Source of the DNA: a virus
DNA length: 52,700 bases
IMG/VR virus record: IMGVR_UViG_3300046396_000007
Span: 1 to 52,700 of that record
Strand: one strand, 5' to 3'
Part shown: positions 35,851-45,088 of the stretch, piece by piece
How positions within the stretch are numbered: the first letter of the stretch is position 1
Layout: every line of letters begins with the position of its first letter
Program-made: the position numbers and the translations under genes
Notes under the pieces: model-generated
Told to the model about the DNA's origin: nothing
Seen by the model: only the letters and a program-made list of their open reading frames with translations
The model's database searches: none

Positions 35851-35854
35851 GTGA

Positions 35855-36037
35855 TTAATACTTTACAAGAGTTACGCGCTTTAATCGCTTATGTGTTTTT
35901 TCAAGTTCTTCACCATATTGAAAGTGACTGGCCAAAGGCATCGGAACTTCCATCTTGCCATAGCTATTGGCTGATTTAGCAACCTGCGCCTTTAATAAGG
36001 CTGTTACTTCTTTTCGGGTAAATGTTTGCTGCTTCAT
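35855..36037 (-). CDS. hypothetical protein (60 aa from MKQQTF...)
   Basis: Track ORF 35855..36148, trimmed to the ATG at 36037 so it does not overlap the upstream gene by about 100 nt. Confidence 0.45.
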   Translation of the reverse strand: MKQQTFTRKEVTALLKAQVAKSANSYGKMEVPMPLASHFQYGEELEKTHKRLKRVTLVKY

Positions 36038-36041
36038 TTTA

Positions 36042-36236
36042 TTAATCTTCCAATTCATAATATCCAAACTCTTCATCCAAACTAAAGCGGATGGATAAGT
36101 CGCGGTCATCATCAGTAAATCTGCGGTTGCGATCCTGATAAACATCAATTTGGCTCAATTCGTAAGGTGTTAAATCCGCTATTGATTTCGCTTTACTTTG
36201 CGCCGGAATTGAGGTGGTTGTGTGGTGGGGTCTCAT
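36042..36236 (-). CDS. hypothetical acidic protein (64 aa)
   Basis: ORF track. Confidence 0.5.
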   Translation of the reverse strand: MRPHHTTTSIPAQSKAKSIADLTPYELSQIDVYQDRNRRFTDDDRDLSIRFSLDEEFGYYELED

Positions 36237-36238
36237 GG

Positions 36239-36481
36239 TTAATTTATATTATTTATTACGGTGTATCCTTTACTTTCAATTGCTTTTCTCCAAATCTTTT
36301 TTGCGTTACCAAATTCCGGGTAATTTTTCTTAACGAAAGTCCTTATTTTATAGGTGGGAACTTCTGTTAAAATCACTTTTTTATTAGGGTCTAAAAGTGT
36401 TACGGATACAGTTTTATTTTGGTTATTGGTTTTAAGGGAGTTAAAGTAGTCGTCCCTATCGTCCGTTTGAAAGTATTTCAT
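36239..36481 (-). CDS. hypothetical protein (80 aa from MKYFQTDD...)
   Basis: Track ORF trimmed from its TTG start to the ATG at 36481. Confidence 0.5.
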   Translation of the reverse strand: MKYFQTDDRDDYFNSLKTNNQNKTVSVTLLDPNKKVILTEVPTYKIRTFVKKNYPEFGNAKKIWRKAIESKGYTVINNIN

Positions 36482-36488
36482 CTTCTTA

Positions 36489-36608
36489 ATACAATATAGC
36501 GTGATTAACATAAACATAAACAGCCAGTGCAATAATTGCCAGTCCAGCGCAAATGCATGCGATTAGGGGGGCTGCGCTTTTTAAGAGATTTTCGTTTTGA
36601 GTTTTCAT
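36489..36608 (-). CDS. membrane micro-peptide (39 aa)
   Basis: Reads MKTQNENLLKSAAPLIACICAGLAIIALAVYVYVNHAILY. Confidence 0.35.
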
Positions 36609-36614
36609 GATGGT

Positions 36615-36767
36615 TTAATTTGAATAATTATTTCCGTTATTGCCTTTTATAAAGGCTGTTTTGACTAATTTAACTGGTTTCCAGCAACATGCTTTCATCA
36701 TTTTTATATCCGATTTATTTAATGTGCTAATAACTTCGCCTGTGGTTGGATTGATGAAGCTTTTCAT
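36615..36767 (-). CDS. hypothetical small protein (50 aa)
   Basis: Reads MKSFINPTTGEVISTLNKSDIKMMKACCWKPVKLVKTAFIKGNNGNNYSN. Confidence 0.35.
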   Translation of the reverse strand: MKSFINPTTGEVISTLNKSDIKMMKACCWKPVKLVKTAFIKGNNGNNYSN

Positions 36768-36806
36768 AATCTTGATAGTTTTTAATTACCCAATATCGGG
36801 CACCTC

Positions 36807-36840
36807 AAAACCCCGCTGCCATTTTCACAGGCAAGCGGGG
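36807..36840 (-). terminator. rho-independent terminator (minus strand)
   Basis: On the minus strand: ccccgcttgcc tgtgaaaat ggcagcgggg followed by tttt. Confidence 0.65.
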
Positions 36841-36864
36841 CGAGTTCGCATAGAATTTGCGAAA

Positions 36865-37179
36865 CTATGCAATGGGGTAATCTTCGAGATTAATTCTGCT
36901 GCCTGATTTATTAATCAAGTTTTTAACAATGGATAAGCGTTCTTGCATGTTATCTAATTCCTGAAAAAATGAATAAAAACCCATAGTGTGTTCGCGCCCA
37001 TGATACTGCAAGCCAAATATTTTTTCACGGGACATTTTTAATAAAACCAAAGTTTCATCTATTCCCTGATTTAATTCTCTCAACTTGTCAGGATCGATAG
37101 TATTTGATATTTCATCATTATAGCGATCTTTCCAATAAGCCGCTACCATCATTAAATTGTTTTTGATTGAATTTTCCAT
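36865..37179 (-). CDS. hypothetical protein (104 aa)
   Basis: ORF track. Ends in TAG. Confidence 0.6.
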   Translation of the reverse strand: MENSIKNNLMMVAAYWKDRYNDEISNTIDPDKLRELNQGIDETLVLLKMSREKIFGLQYHGREHTMGFYSFFQELDNMQERLSIVKNLINKSGSRINLEDYPIA

Positions 37180-37245
37180 TTTTGCAAATTTTTGTTTAGC
37201 GTTATTGCTGATGTAAAGATACAGGTATATTTTAATATACCAAAT

Positions 37246-37428
37246 TTATTTACAAATATTTTCAATTTCTTTTATTTCAGCTTCGGTAAACTTTCTGCCT
37301 TTTACTTTATTGAACTTGTTTCCGAACTTTGCCATAGCGGAATGTATTTCCAAATCAGGATATAGTTGCCCTGCAACCCATTTCTTAGTGAACTTTCCCT
37401 GCTCAATCTGTTTTATTATTTTGCTCAT
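37246..37428 (-). CDS. hypothetical small basic protein (60 aa)
   Basis: ORF track. Confidence 0.55.
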   Translation of the reverse strand: MSKIIKQIEQGKFTKKWVAGQLYPDLEIHSAMAKFGNKFNKVKGRKFTEAEIKEIENICK

Positions 37429-37571
37429 TTTTTAACCTTATCAATTAACTCATTTAATTCAATTAAATCTTTATGACTTTGTATAATCAGTTGCTCAAGA
37501 TAATATTTATACTTAACTAAATAATCATAAATGACCTTTTCATTTCCTGGTGTTAATATCAATTCTGCCAT
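37425..37571 (-). CDS. hypothetical small protein (48 aa), first gene of the minus-strand block
   Basis: ATG 37571 reads MAELILTPGNEKVIYDYLVKYKYYLEQLIIQSHKDLIELNELIDKVKK. ATGA overlap with the next gene. Confidence 0.4.
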   Translation of the reverse strand: MAELILTPGNEKVIYDYLVKYKYYLEQLIIQSHKDLIELNELIDKVKK

Positions 37572-37591
37572 ATTAGTAACTTTTGTATATA

Positions 37592-37599
37592 CAAATATA
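37592..37599 (-). promoter_or_regulatory. candidate -7 box TATATTTG (minus strand) inside the palindrome TTTGTATATACAAA
   Basis: The reverse complement of caaatata. It lies 20 nt upstream of the ATG at 37571. Confidence 0.4.
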
Positions 37600-37638
37600 C
37601 GTTTTATTTAATTATTATTCGTATTATCTTTACGATGT

Positions 37639-38538
37639 ATGAAAAAACTCCTTTTCGCCCTCATCCTATCCCTCCCTTTACTCGCAATGGGGCAAACTGG
37701 AACGCTGCCATCGGGTAGTGTGATACAGACTGCACCGACTTCGCTTTGGAACCCGACTACGCATCGCTGGACACCTAAAGTTGGGAGTTATTGGTATGAA
37801 TTATTGACGTTAGCAGATACATCAAGCACGCTAGCGACTAAATATTATACAATCACAAATTATGTGCCTTATACTGGCATGACCAATGGCATAGATATTA
37901 ATAGACAGAATATTTTTGGTGAACAGGGCAACGAATCTTTTAATTTAAATTATGATAATATATCATTTGTAAATAATACTAACCATACCTCGGCAACTAT
38001 GGGGGCTACTGGAATAATTGGTTACCAAGGAGGAGTTGAGGGATTTGGAGTGTCATTTGGAACTACGTCCATTCCTACAGTATTTAGAACATCTATAGGT
38101 AAATTCACAGCTGGCTTACAAAGTACAGTAGCACCCACTAATGCAATAGATGTGGTAAGATTAATGGATTTGCCATCTTCATTGCCTCCAACAGGGACTG
38201 CAGGGGGTGATTTAACAGGAACCTATCCAAATCCGACTGTAAATACAATTAATAGCATTACAAAGTCTTATTATGATCCAACAAGTTCGATACAGACACA
38301 GTTGAATAATAGGATTTTAAATTCTCATTTTATAGTTGGAGAACATCCATCCGGTACCCAAGATGGTGTAAATGTTACATTTACACTTTTAAATACACCC
38401 ATCTCAGGTAAGATTAATCTTTTCGTTAATGGATTACTTCAAGATGTCAGCGATGATTATACGATTTCGGGTAACACAATTACTATGTCACTAGCCCCTA
38501 TTTCAACTGACAAATTACGCGCATCCTATATTTATTAA
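37639..38538 (+). CDS. tail-fibre-like protein with an N-terminal signal peptide (299 aa)
   Basis: MKKLLFALILSLPLLAMGQ-TG... Contains GGDLTGTYPNPTV, a motif I associate with Bacteroidota phage fibre proteins. Confidence 0.55.
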   Translation: MKKLLFALILSLPLLAMGQTGTLPSGSVIQTAPTSLWNPTTHRWTPKVGSYWYELLTLADTSSTLATKYYTITNYVPYTGMTNGIDINRQNIFGEQGNESFNLNYDNISFVNNTNHTSATMGATGIIGYQGGVEGFGVSFGTTSIPTVFRTSIGKFTAGLQSTVAPTNAIDVVRLMDLPSSLPPTGTAGGDLTGTYPNPTVNTINSITKSYYDPTSSIQTQLNNRILNSHFIVGEHPSGTQDGVNVTFTLLNTPISGKINLFVNGLLQDVSDDYTISGNTITMSLAPISTDKLRASYIY

Positions 38539-38540
38539 TT

Positions 38541-41090
38541 ATGGCAACTAAAATAAATACCAATCAAATAAATACGAACGCATCTGCAAGATTCACCAGT
38601 GATGCGGAGATGCTTACAAAAGCGAATATCGCTAATGTTGCCAATGCATTTCGGATACCTTTTTCAGATCCTAATTGGAGTTCAGGCAATACTGTTTATA
38701 CATTTTCTACTGCAGCTACAGGTAATTATGAAGTGTTTAATAATTCAATTGGTAGAAATTTTGATGGTGCCGAAATAACAAAAACAAGCACAGGATTCAC
38801 ATTAGCAAATCCTGTCTTATCGGGCGATGTTTTATTTGTTTCAGGATCTCTCGGTGTATTAGGTAATTTAATTCAAGCGCCATTACCATTAAATCAAATT
38901 CAAGGCGAAGGAACGGCATCACCGAGTACAATGGTTATCCCGCCTCTGGGAGGTTCAACTAATGTTACTGTTTCGTCTGTTGTAAATACTGATTCACCCT
39001 ATTCAAGTCAATTACCCTTTAAGCGCAGGGTAACAAATGCTTACATATCAGGAGCAAGTGTTTACTATGTCGATATAATTAACCAATTACCAACTCCACC
39101 ATCCTCTATTTCTTTAGGCTTTTGGATCAATAATTCAGATGTGTCTGCCGCATTTACCGGAGGTAGAAATTATGAAGTTCTTTATTATGATACCTCAACA
39201 ATTTCAGCGGCAATTTTCGATATTACTACAGTTATAGCGGCAATTGGGAACAACCAAACAGGGTCGGTTTCAAATTCTTTGGCTACGAGTAACTGGAAGG
39301 CTGTTTGTCTTGATAAGCAATTGGGCTATAGCTTTGTTGCTATAACAATTTATAACCTTGTATATAGCGGCTCTTATGTTCCAAGCCCGATGTTCCGTTT
39401 TTATCAACAGTTTACCGGTTATTTATATACATGGACAAAAGTTGATTTCGCAGGTATGGTATTACTGTTTAACCAAACAATAATATCCTCTGATGTTTAT
39501 CCTGATGGCATAAACAATCTACAATATCCAGCTTCAATTCCCTCTAACTTCAATAGCATTCAGAGCATTATAAACAAGTTGCCGACTACTGGTTATAAGT
39601 TTAAAATTAGCTTAACTACCAATAATATAATTGTAAGGACTTCTTTTAATTCTATTTATGACATTGCGGTAACGTTCAATATTGCAGTCGCAACAAACGG
39701 AGCTGTAAATACAGCAAGCGCAAAGCTGCTTTTAAAATCAGCAGCTACAAGCTCAGCAGGTTTGCCTTTACATGGTGCGGACGGTGACGATGCAGCGCCC
39801 ATGCTTATAGCAAACGGTTATTTTGGGGGTAATCACGGCAATTCCGGATGTGTAAATATCGTGGCAACCGCTCACGGGAAAGATGTTACCGATGAGGGCT
39901 CTAAATGGGTAGATGGTGCGGCTCACAACTTTTACATCGTAAAAGTTATTGATACAAATAATTTTTGGGTAATGGGCGACAATGTAGGAACATCTACAAA
40001 TTGGTCATATATAACAACCATTAGCGGTAACTTAACCTATGTATCAGGGGCGCAACATACTGGTAATATAACAGTAGCTTCATTTTTCGGAACTCAGTTA
40101 ACACCGGGAACAAAAAACGTTTCAATATCTGTTTTAGCCGACGGGATAGCTATTTCAGGCAATGGAGACTATGCAGCAAATACTTTAGATATAGTCGAAA
40201 CTTATGATGTTGTTGATACGCCATCTGCTGTAGCTCAATTAGTAGCAAACAGGCCTGTAGGTGGGTATCTTACTCATCCGGCTTTAAATATTGGCCCAGC
40301 CGTTGTATCTGTTCGTAATTATTATAACATACAGGAGCAATGTAAAATCGCTCTTTATGTTGCTTGGATCGATCAGGAAAACATTTATCTAAATTATTTC
40401 GGAGGAACTCAGAATAGTATGAATCCTCCTTATTGGTATGCAAACTATACGCGCTATTTCCCTGCTAGCCTTCCCATTTCCGACGGTACAAACACTTTTG
40501 ATTTCAGGGTGCCCATAAGTATTATTTCTCCAGGATCGCCAGCATGTCCGTGGGTTGCTCAAATGGATTTAACGTCTTCTTATTGGGAAGATGGTAAGCC
40601 AGTTACAAGAGTTATAGATAACGTTACGGATGGGGCTAATCTTAATATCAATTTTAATATGGGAATTCTTCCTGTAGGAATCGGAACCATTCCTAACCGG
40701 ATTAATAATATAACTGATGCATGGCAGATTTCTACTAATCGAAAACTATACCCAAAAGCGATTGATAGCAAAATTAACAATGGCAGCGGTTATGTTCCAG
40801 CTGGTACTATAAAGCAATTCGCCATGTTCAGAGGGTGGAGCGAGAAAACAAGTGCCCGCACAAATATGTACACGATTAAATTCGGCAATTCTTATTATGT
40901 AATCCTCGATTGGCATATTGTAACAAATGATGTAATTACGCTACCTAATTCCATGCTGGGCAAAACAATAACGGTTAATAGGCAAACGAGTAATGTAACT
41001 ATAACAGAAACCTTAGTAACAGGAGTGATTGAGGTTTCTGTTACGGCTTCTACCCCTCAATACGCATATTTAGAACTCATTATATCATGA
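38541..41090 (+). CDS. large tail fibre/spike-like protein (849 aa)
   Basis: Size, S/T/N/G-rich composition, and position between two fibre-like genes. Confidence 0.5.
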   Translation: MATKINTNQINTNASARFTSDAEMLTKANIANVANAFRIPFSDPNWSSGNTVYTFSTAATGNYEVFNNSIGRNFDGAEITKTSTGFTLANPVLSGDVLFVSGSLGVLGNLIQAPLPLNQIQGEGTASPSTMVIPPLGGSTNVTVSSVVNTDSPYSSQLPFKRRVTNAYISGASVYYVDIINQLPTPPSSISLGFWINNSDVSAAFTGGRNYEVLYYDTSTISAAIFDITTVIAAIGNNQTGSVSNSLATSNWKAVCLDKQLGYSFVAITIYNLVYSGSYVPSPMFRFYQQFTGYLYTWTKVDFAGMVLLFNQTIISSDVYPDGINNLQYPASIPSNFNSIQSIINKLPTTGYKFKISLTTNNIIVRTSFNSIYDIAVTFNIAVATNGAVNTASAKLLLKSAATSSAGLPLHGADGDDAAPMLIANGYFGGNHGNSGCVNIVATAHGKDVTDEGSKWVDGAAHNFYIVKVIDTNNFWVMGDNVGTSTNWSYITTISGNLTYVSGAQHTGNITVASFFGTQLTPGTKNVSISVLADGIAISGNGDYAANTLDIVETYDVVDTPSAVAQLVANRPVGGYLTHPALNIGPAVVSVRNYYNIQEQCKIALYVAWIDQENIYLNYFGGTQNSMNPPYWYANYTRYFPASLPISDGTNTFDFRVPISIISPGSPACPWVAQMDLTSSYWEDGKPVTRVIDNVTDGANLNINFNMGILPVGIGTIPNRINNITDAWQISTNRKLYPKAIDSKINNGSGYVPAGTIKQFAMFRGWSEKTSARTNMYTIKFGNSYYVILDWHIVTNDVITLPNSMLGKTITVNRQTSNVTITETLVTGVIEVSVTASTPQYAYLELIIS

Positions 41091-42727
41091 AAAAATTAAT
41101 ATTATTAATAATATCCTTTATCGCATTTATCTCAACTGCATTTGCCCAAATACCAGAGTATTCACCTCACCGAACATCGGGTAATTATCAGGTAGTAGAT
41201 GATGCGCTGTCGGTTAGACAACTTCGGATTCCAGTTGTAACTTCGCAATCATTAAATGGTTATACAGCGTTGTCTGGACAATCTTTTTCTGTTACATCTC
41301 CCGATAGCACTATCAATGTTTATTTAGGATCTGGATGGGTTAAATTTCCTAATTTACCTTGGGTAATAAATGCTTTAGCCACTAAGCATAGTATCTCACT
41401 TACAACTACAGGCAATAATGGGGCAGCTACATATATATCTAATATTTTAAACATTCCTAATTATACATTGGTTGGCCTTGGTGCAGTCGGAACTACAGGA
41501 TACCATCAAAAACAAACGGCTACCGGGATAGGAAATAGTGAAATATTTGAAAATTCTACTGGGACTGGTCTGGGTATTGGAACAACAACTCCGGTAGCTT
41601 CAGGAGGCGGTTATAATTATTTTACAATCAATGGTAGTACTGCCGGAGGTTATCTTGCGTATCAATATAATGGCACAACCAAAGGATTAGTAGGTGCTGA
41701 AAGTAGTTCTTTTGGAGTGACAGCCTCATCAGGAGCGAGACTTATATTAGGAGCGAATGGAGTTGAAAAAGCAACAGTCGGAACAAATGGTTTTTTCGGT
41801 ATAGGCACAGCATCACCTTCCAACGATTTAAGCTTTGGTAATTCAACTGATAGACAGGTATGGATTGAAAACTCTTTAACTGATGTGGCTGGACATAACC
41901 TTCAGGTAGTGGCTGGTAGTACGGTTACCGGTACAGCCGTAAATGATGTTAATGGCGGTAATTTAACATTGAAATCAGGTGTGGCAACAGGAGCCGGCAC
42001 AAGTTCGATAATTTTTCAAACACCTGCCGTTTTAGCTAGTGGAAAGGTTTTACAGTCATGGGCTACTCGTATGACAATATTAGGAAGCGGTAATGTTGAT
42101 TTTACAAAACTGTTTTCATTCGGGGGAACGGCTTTAACTGCTAATCAAGTTCCTGGAGTTAATAGTGCAGGAACGGCAATGGAGGGTAAAACTATAAGTG
42201 CAAATACAGCTACCGGAACCACTGTAACTAACGGAACTGGAACTATTGTTATAGCAAATGATACTACAAAGTTACAAACCGTTTTAAATTTTTTCCCTAA
42301 GGGTGATACAAGGTGGTTTAAAAGCCCTTTATTATCTGGATTAGCGATTGGTGATTTCATTTCATGGAACGGTACTAATTGGATAAATCATGCGATTATA
42401 GCAAGTGGAAGATTAAATTGGAATGCCACTACTTCAACGATCTCGTTAAATAACCAATCTCATACAATATTTACCCCGACTACAGGTTCAACGGTAACAT
42501 TGGTAAATAATCAGGCGAATATAATTAACCCCTCCGGTGCATTGGTAGCATTAACACTCGCATTACCTGCGTCGCCTGCTAATAATGATGAGGTAAGATT
42601 GACTTTTACACAGGCTGTAACCACAATCAGCTATAGCGGGGGGACTGTAGTAGGCGGTTTAACCAGTATTTCTACAGGAGGGCAATATTATCTAACATAT
42701 GATAGCGGAACAGCAACTTGGTATTAA
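41087..42727 (+). CDS. G/T/S-rich tail-fibre-like protein with an N-terminal signal-like segment (546 aa)
   Basis: MKKLILLIISFIAFISTAFAQ-IPE... ATGA overlap with the previous gene. Confidence 0.5.
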   Translation: MKKLILLIISFIAFISTAFAQIPEYSPHRTSGNYQVVDDALSVRQLRIPVVTSQSLNGYTALSGQSFSVTSPDSTINVYLGSGWVKFPNLPWVINALATKHSISLTTTGNNGAATYISNILNIPNYTLVGLGAVGTTGYHQKQTATGIGNSEIFENSTGTGLGIGTTTPVASGGGYNYFTINGSTAGGYLAYQYNGTTKGLVGAESSSFGVTASSGARLILGANGVEKATVGTNGFFGIGTASPSNDLSFGNSTDRQVWIENSLTDVAGHNLQVVAGSTVTGTAVNDVNGGNLTLKSGVATGAGTSSIIFQTPAVLASGKVLQSWATRMTILGSGNVDFTKLFSFGGTALTANQVPGVNSAGTAMEGKTISANTATGTTVTNGTGTIVIANDTTKLQTVLNFFPKGDTRWFKSPLLSGLAIGDFISWNGTNWINHAIIASGRLNWNATTSTISLNNQSHTIFTPTTGSTVTLVNNQANIINPSGALVALTLALPASPANNDEVRLTFTQAVTTISYSGGTVVGGLTSISTGGQYYLTYDSGTATWY

Positions 42728-42753
42728 AATTAACTATAATTAATTTAAAATAT

Positions 42754-42936
42754 ATGAAACCAATAGAATTAATAAGACAAAAATTAGCGGAAATGCTTGA
42801 AAAGTATCCTCAAGATTCTGAATTAAGCGTGGAATTACAAACACTTTATACCTTGAGTGAAGGAGTTGTAATTAAGGCTAATGATATTATAGGAGATCCG
42901 CTCCCTCCCGATCCGACACATCCGCCAAAGCCATGA
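42754..42936 (+). CDS. hypothetical protein (60 aa)
   Basis: Track frame, trimmed to the ATG at 42754 (MKPIELIRQKLAEML...). Confidence 0.45.
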   Translation: MKPIELIRQKLAEMLEKYPQDSELSVELQTLYTLSEGVVIKANDIIGDPLPPDPTHPPKP

Positions 42937-43283
42937 GCAGACGTGGAACTATATTTTTACTTACCCACGGATACCCTCTATTTATTGCCGGACATTTATA
43001 CTTTGGCGATTGGTGCAGAAAATGTCAGGTATTGTTTAATGTAATTCCGATAATTGTTTTTGGGGGCTTAATATTAACCTGGTTAAAAACTTCAAACGCG
43101 CGATTGTTGCCAATTGAACAATTGCATTTGAAGTTTTTCTTATGGAACCTAACATTTATATATGCCTATTATTGTTTATGCGTTTTTTCACTACCTTTAT
43201 GGATATATGATAAAAACTGGCAGGTAAGTGCCTTTATATTAATAACGCTAATATTTTATAGCCTAAACCATGAACGTAAATGA
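42933..43283 (+). CDS. multi-pass membrane protein (116 aa, about 4 hydrophobic segments)
   Basis: Hydrophobic runs are visible in the translation. ATGA overlap. Confidence 0.55.
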   Translation: MSRRGTIFLLTHGYPLFIAGHLYFGDWCRKCQVLFNVIPIIVFGGLILTWLKTSNARLLPIEQLHLKFFLWNLTFIYAYYCLCVFSLPLWIYDKNWQVSAFILITLIFYSLNHERK

Positions 43284-43446
43284 CTGCTTTTTTTATATTC
43301 TTATCATGCTTAGCACTGTATTTGCAATGGTTAATGTTTGGAACTATAAAAAGTTTAAGTCTTTAAAAACCGAAAATGAATTATTAAAATTTAAACTTAA
43401 AGATTGTGAGCAACGAGGAACGAACCGAATACATGAGAAATGTTAA
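43270..43446 (+). CDS. single-pass membrane micro-protein (58 aa)
   Basis: Reads MNVNDCFFYILIMLSTVFAMVNVWNYKKFKSLKTENELLKFKLKDCEQRGTNRIHEKC. Confidence 0.35.
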   Translation: MNVNDCFFYILIMLSTVFAMVNVWNYKKFKSLKTENELLKFKLKDCEQRGTNRIHEKC

Positions 43447-43765
43447 ATGGACAACATTTTGGTATTGTGCTGGAACAATAGCCAGTTTACTTGTAGGAGG
43501 CACGTTTGGAGTTGCTGCAATAAGGGGCGATATTAAAGACAGTCGTACCGTTGCTCATAATGAAAACGTGACCTTAAAACATTATGTTGATAGCCTGCAT
43601 CATGATGATGCGGTAGATTTAGGAGAATTAAGGGCAGCAATTAATAATATACCCCCTATTAAAAATACCACTATTTATAAAACAACAGCTATTCCAAAAG
43701 GAGCCATTGGTTTGTTTACTGCTCGTTATGTTGATGGTAAATTAGGATTCTTTCCTGTCAAATAA
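43433..43765 (+). CDS. N-terminally anchored membrane protein (110 aa)
   Basis: Track frame, trimmed to the ATG at 43433 (MRNVKWTTFWYCAGTIASLLVGGTFGVAAI...). Confidence 0.5.
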   Translation: MRNVKWTTFWYCAGTIASLLVGGTFGVAAIRGDIKDSRTVAHNENVTLKHYVDSLHHDDAVDLGELRAAINNIPPIKNTTIYKTTAIPKGAIGLFTARYVDGKLGFFPVK

Positions 43766-43768
43766 AAA

Positions 43769-43794
43769 AGCCATGAATATTTCTAATCAGGGCT
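43769..43794. terminator. hairpin at a convergent gene junction (possible bidirectional terminator)
   Basis: agccatga / tcagggct forms 7 of 8 pairs, flanked by an A-run on the 5' side. Confidence 0.4.
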
Positions 43795-43806
43795 AAATAG
43801 TTGCTA

Positions 43807-44067
43807 TTAAGCTAATTCATATTCTTCATTAAAAATACTTGGATCTGATTTTGAAAAATATCCTGATTCTGTTTTGATTATAAAATCATTTATTGCGGGG
43901 GTAATATAATTATCACTGCCGCTCAAAAGAACCTTTAGTTTTAATTCGTAATTCAATTGCCGAGCTATAGGCATTAAATGCCCGTCTGAAAATTCAATTA
44001 TTTCTTCTAAATTTTTACCAGTCCATTGAACTGCCTCTATTGATTGCTGTTTTCTATTGTACTTCAT
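43807..44067 (-). CDS. hypothetical protein (86 aa)
   Basis: ORF track. Confidence 0.55.
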   Translation of the reverse strand: MKYNRKQQSIEAVQWTGKNLEEIIEFSDGHLMPIARQLNYELKLKVLLSGSDNYITPAINDFIIKTESGYFSKSDPSIFNEEYELA

Positions 44068-44176
44068 AATATTTTTTATTCAAATTTGCTTAATATTATT
44101 GATAATAGACACAGGAAAAACCCTGAAAATTCAAAAAAAGACACCCGTTTAAGATCGACTTTTATAACCGCTGAAA

Positions 44177-44425
44177 TTAGATTAATTGATTGATAAACGT
44201 AAGTTCGCTTTTTTTGCCATTCTGAACCATTTTTAATGCCTCATCAAGTGATGAAATAAATACCAAAACCTTATCCATATTAACCTTTGATTCTATCGGT
44301 ATTTGCATGCTAATGCTTAAGTCATGAAACTTAGCAGATATGTACCAATTTTGGTTGTCCTTTCCACTAGCGGTTGATGTACATTTATAAGTTGTTGCAC
44401 CCAACTTTAATTCGAACTCTTTCAT
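44177..44425 (-). CDS. hypothetical protein (82 aa)
   Basis: ORF track. Confidence 0.55.
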   Translation of the reverse strand: MKEFELKLGATTYKCTSTASGKDNQNWYISAKFHDLSISMQIPIESKVNMDKVLVFISSLDEALKMVQNGKKSELTFINQLI

Positions 44426-44440
44426 ATATAGTAATTGTTT

Positions 44441-44818
44441 TTAATTAAATTCTGTTAAGGACTGTGTTAAATCCCCATTTATATTTTTAAGGGCTAAAAT
44501 ATCAGTTTGTTGCCTTTCAACTTCTGCAAGTTTAGCTCTTAGATGATCTGTCTTTTCAGTCAGCTTCCGAGCCTTAAAATCACTAATTGCAGGATATGTA
44601 AATTTGTAATCAATAGGGAGAATATCCGAAATTGAGCATTTACATATTTGTGAAACCCTGATTAAATACTCACAGCTAAAGCCACATCTACCAGCTTCTA
44701 TGTTAATAATAGAACTACGGGTAAGATTAAGTAAGAAACCAAAAGCCTCTTGATTAATATTGGCTTGTTTCCTTGCACACTTTATATTTTCTCCGACTAA
44801 TTCATTAAACGTTTTCAT
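44441..44818 (-). CDS. XRE-family helix-turn-helix transcriptional regulator
   Basis: LVGENIKCARKQANINQEAFGFLLNLTRSSIINIEAGR is a typical XRE/Cro-CI HTH. The C-terminus is coiled-coil. Confidence 0.75.
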   Translation of the reverse strand: MKTFNELVGENIKCARKQANINQEAFGFLLNLTRSSIINIEAGRCGFSCEYLIRVSQICKCSISDILPIDYKFTYPAISDFKARKLTEKTDHLRAKLAEVERQQTDILALKNINGDLTQSLTEFN

Positions 44819-44880
44819 TTTGCTAAGTTATATAAACATTTATTAATTGTCAACTACTTTTTAATATAAAAACAATTATC

Positions 44881-44888
44881 TAAATTTG
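44881..44888 (+). promoter_or_regulatory. candidate -7 box TAAATTTG, divergent from the XRE gene
   Basis: TAnnTTTG match 25 nt upstream of the ATG at 44913. Confidence 0.35.
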
Positions 44889-44912
44889 GAGAAAGAAAAA
44901 GGAAAGATAAAT

Positions 44913-45068
44913 ATGTGTTGGTGGTTTAAGACAAGCAAAGAAGAAAGGTTTAAATCTAAACTATGTGTACGGGGAGGTAAGCACGATTGCAAATATCGTG
45001 AATGGGGAATAACATATCAAGAAATATATTGTATCAAATGTGGCAGGATTAAGATAATAAGTAAATAA
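44913..45068 (+). CDS. Cys-rich small protein (51 aa)
   Basis: MCWWFKTSKEERFKSKLCVRGGKHDCKYREWGITYQEIYCIKCGRIKIISK. The ATG is preferred over the track's TTG at 44886. Confidence 0.45.
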   Translation: MCWWFKTSKEERFKSKLCVRGGKHDCKYREWGITYQEIYCIKCGRIKIISK

Positions 45069-45088
45069 TTGAAAGAAAATAAGAAAAT

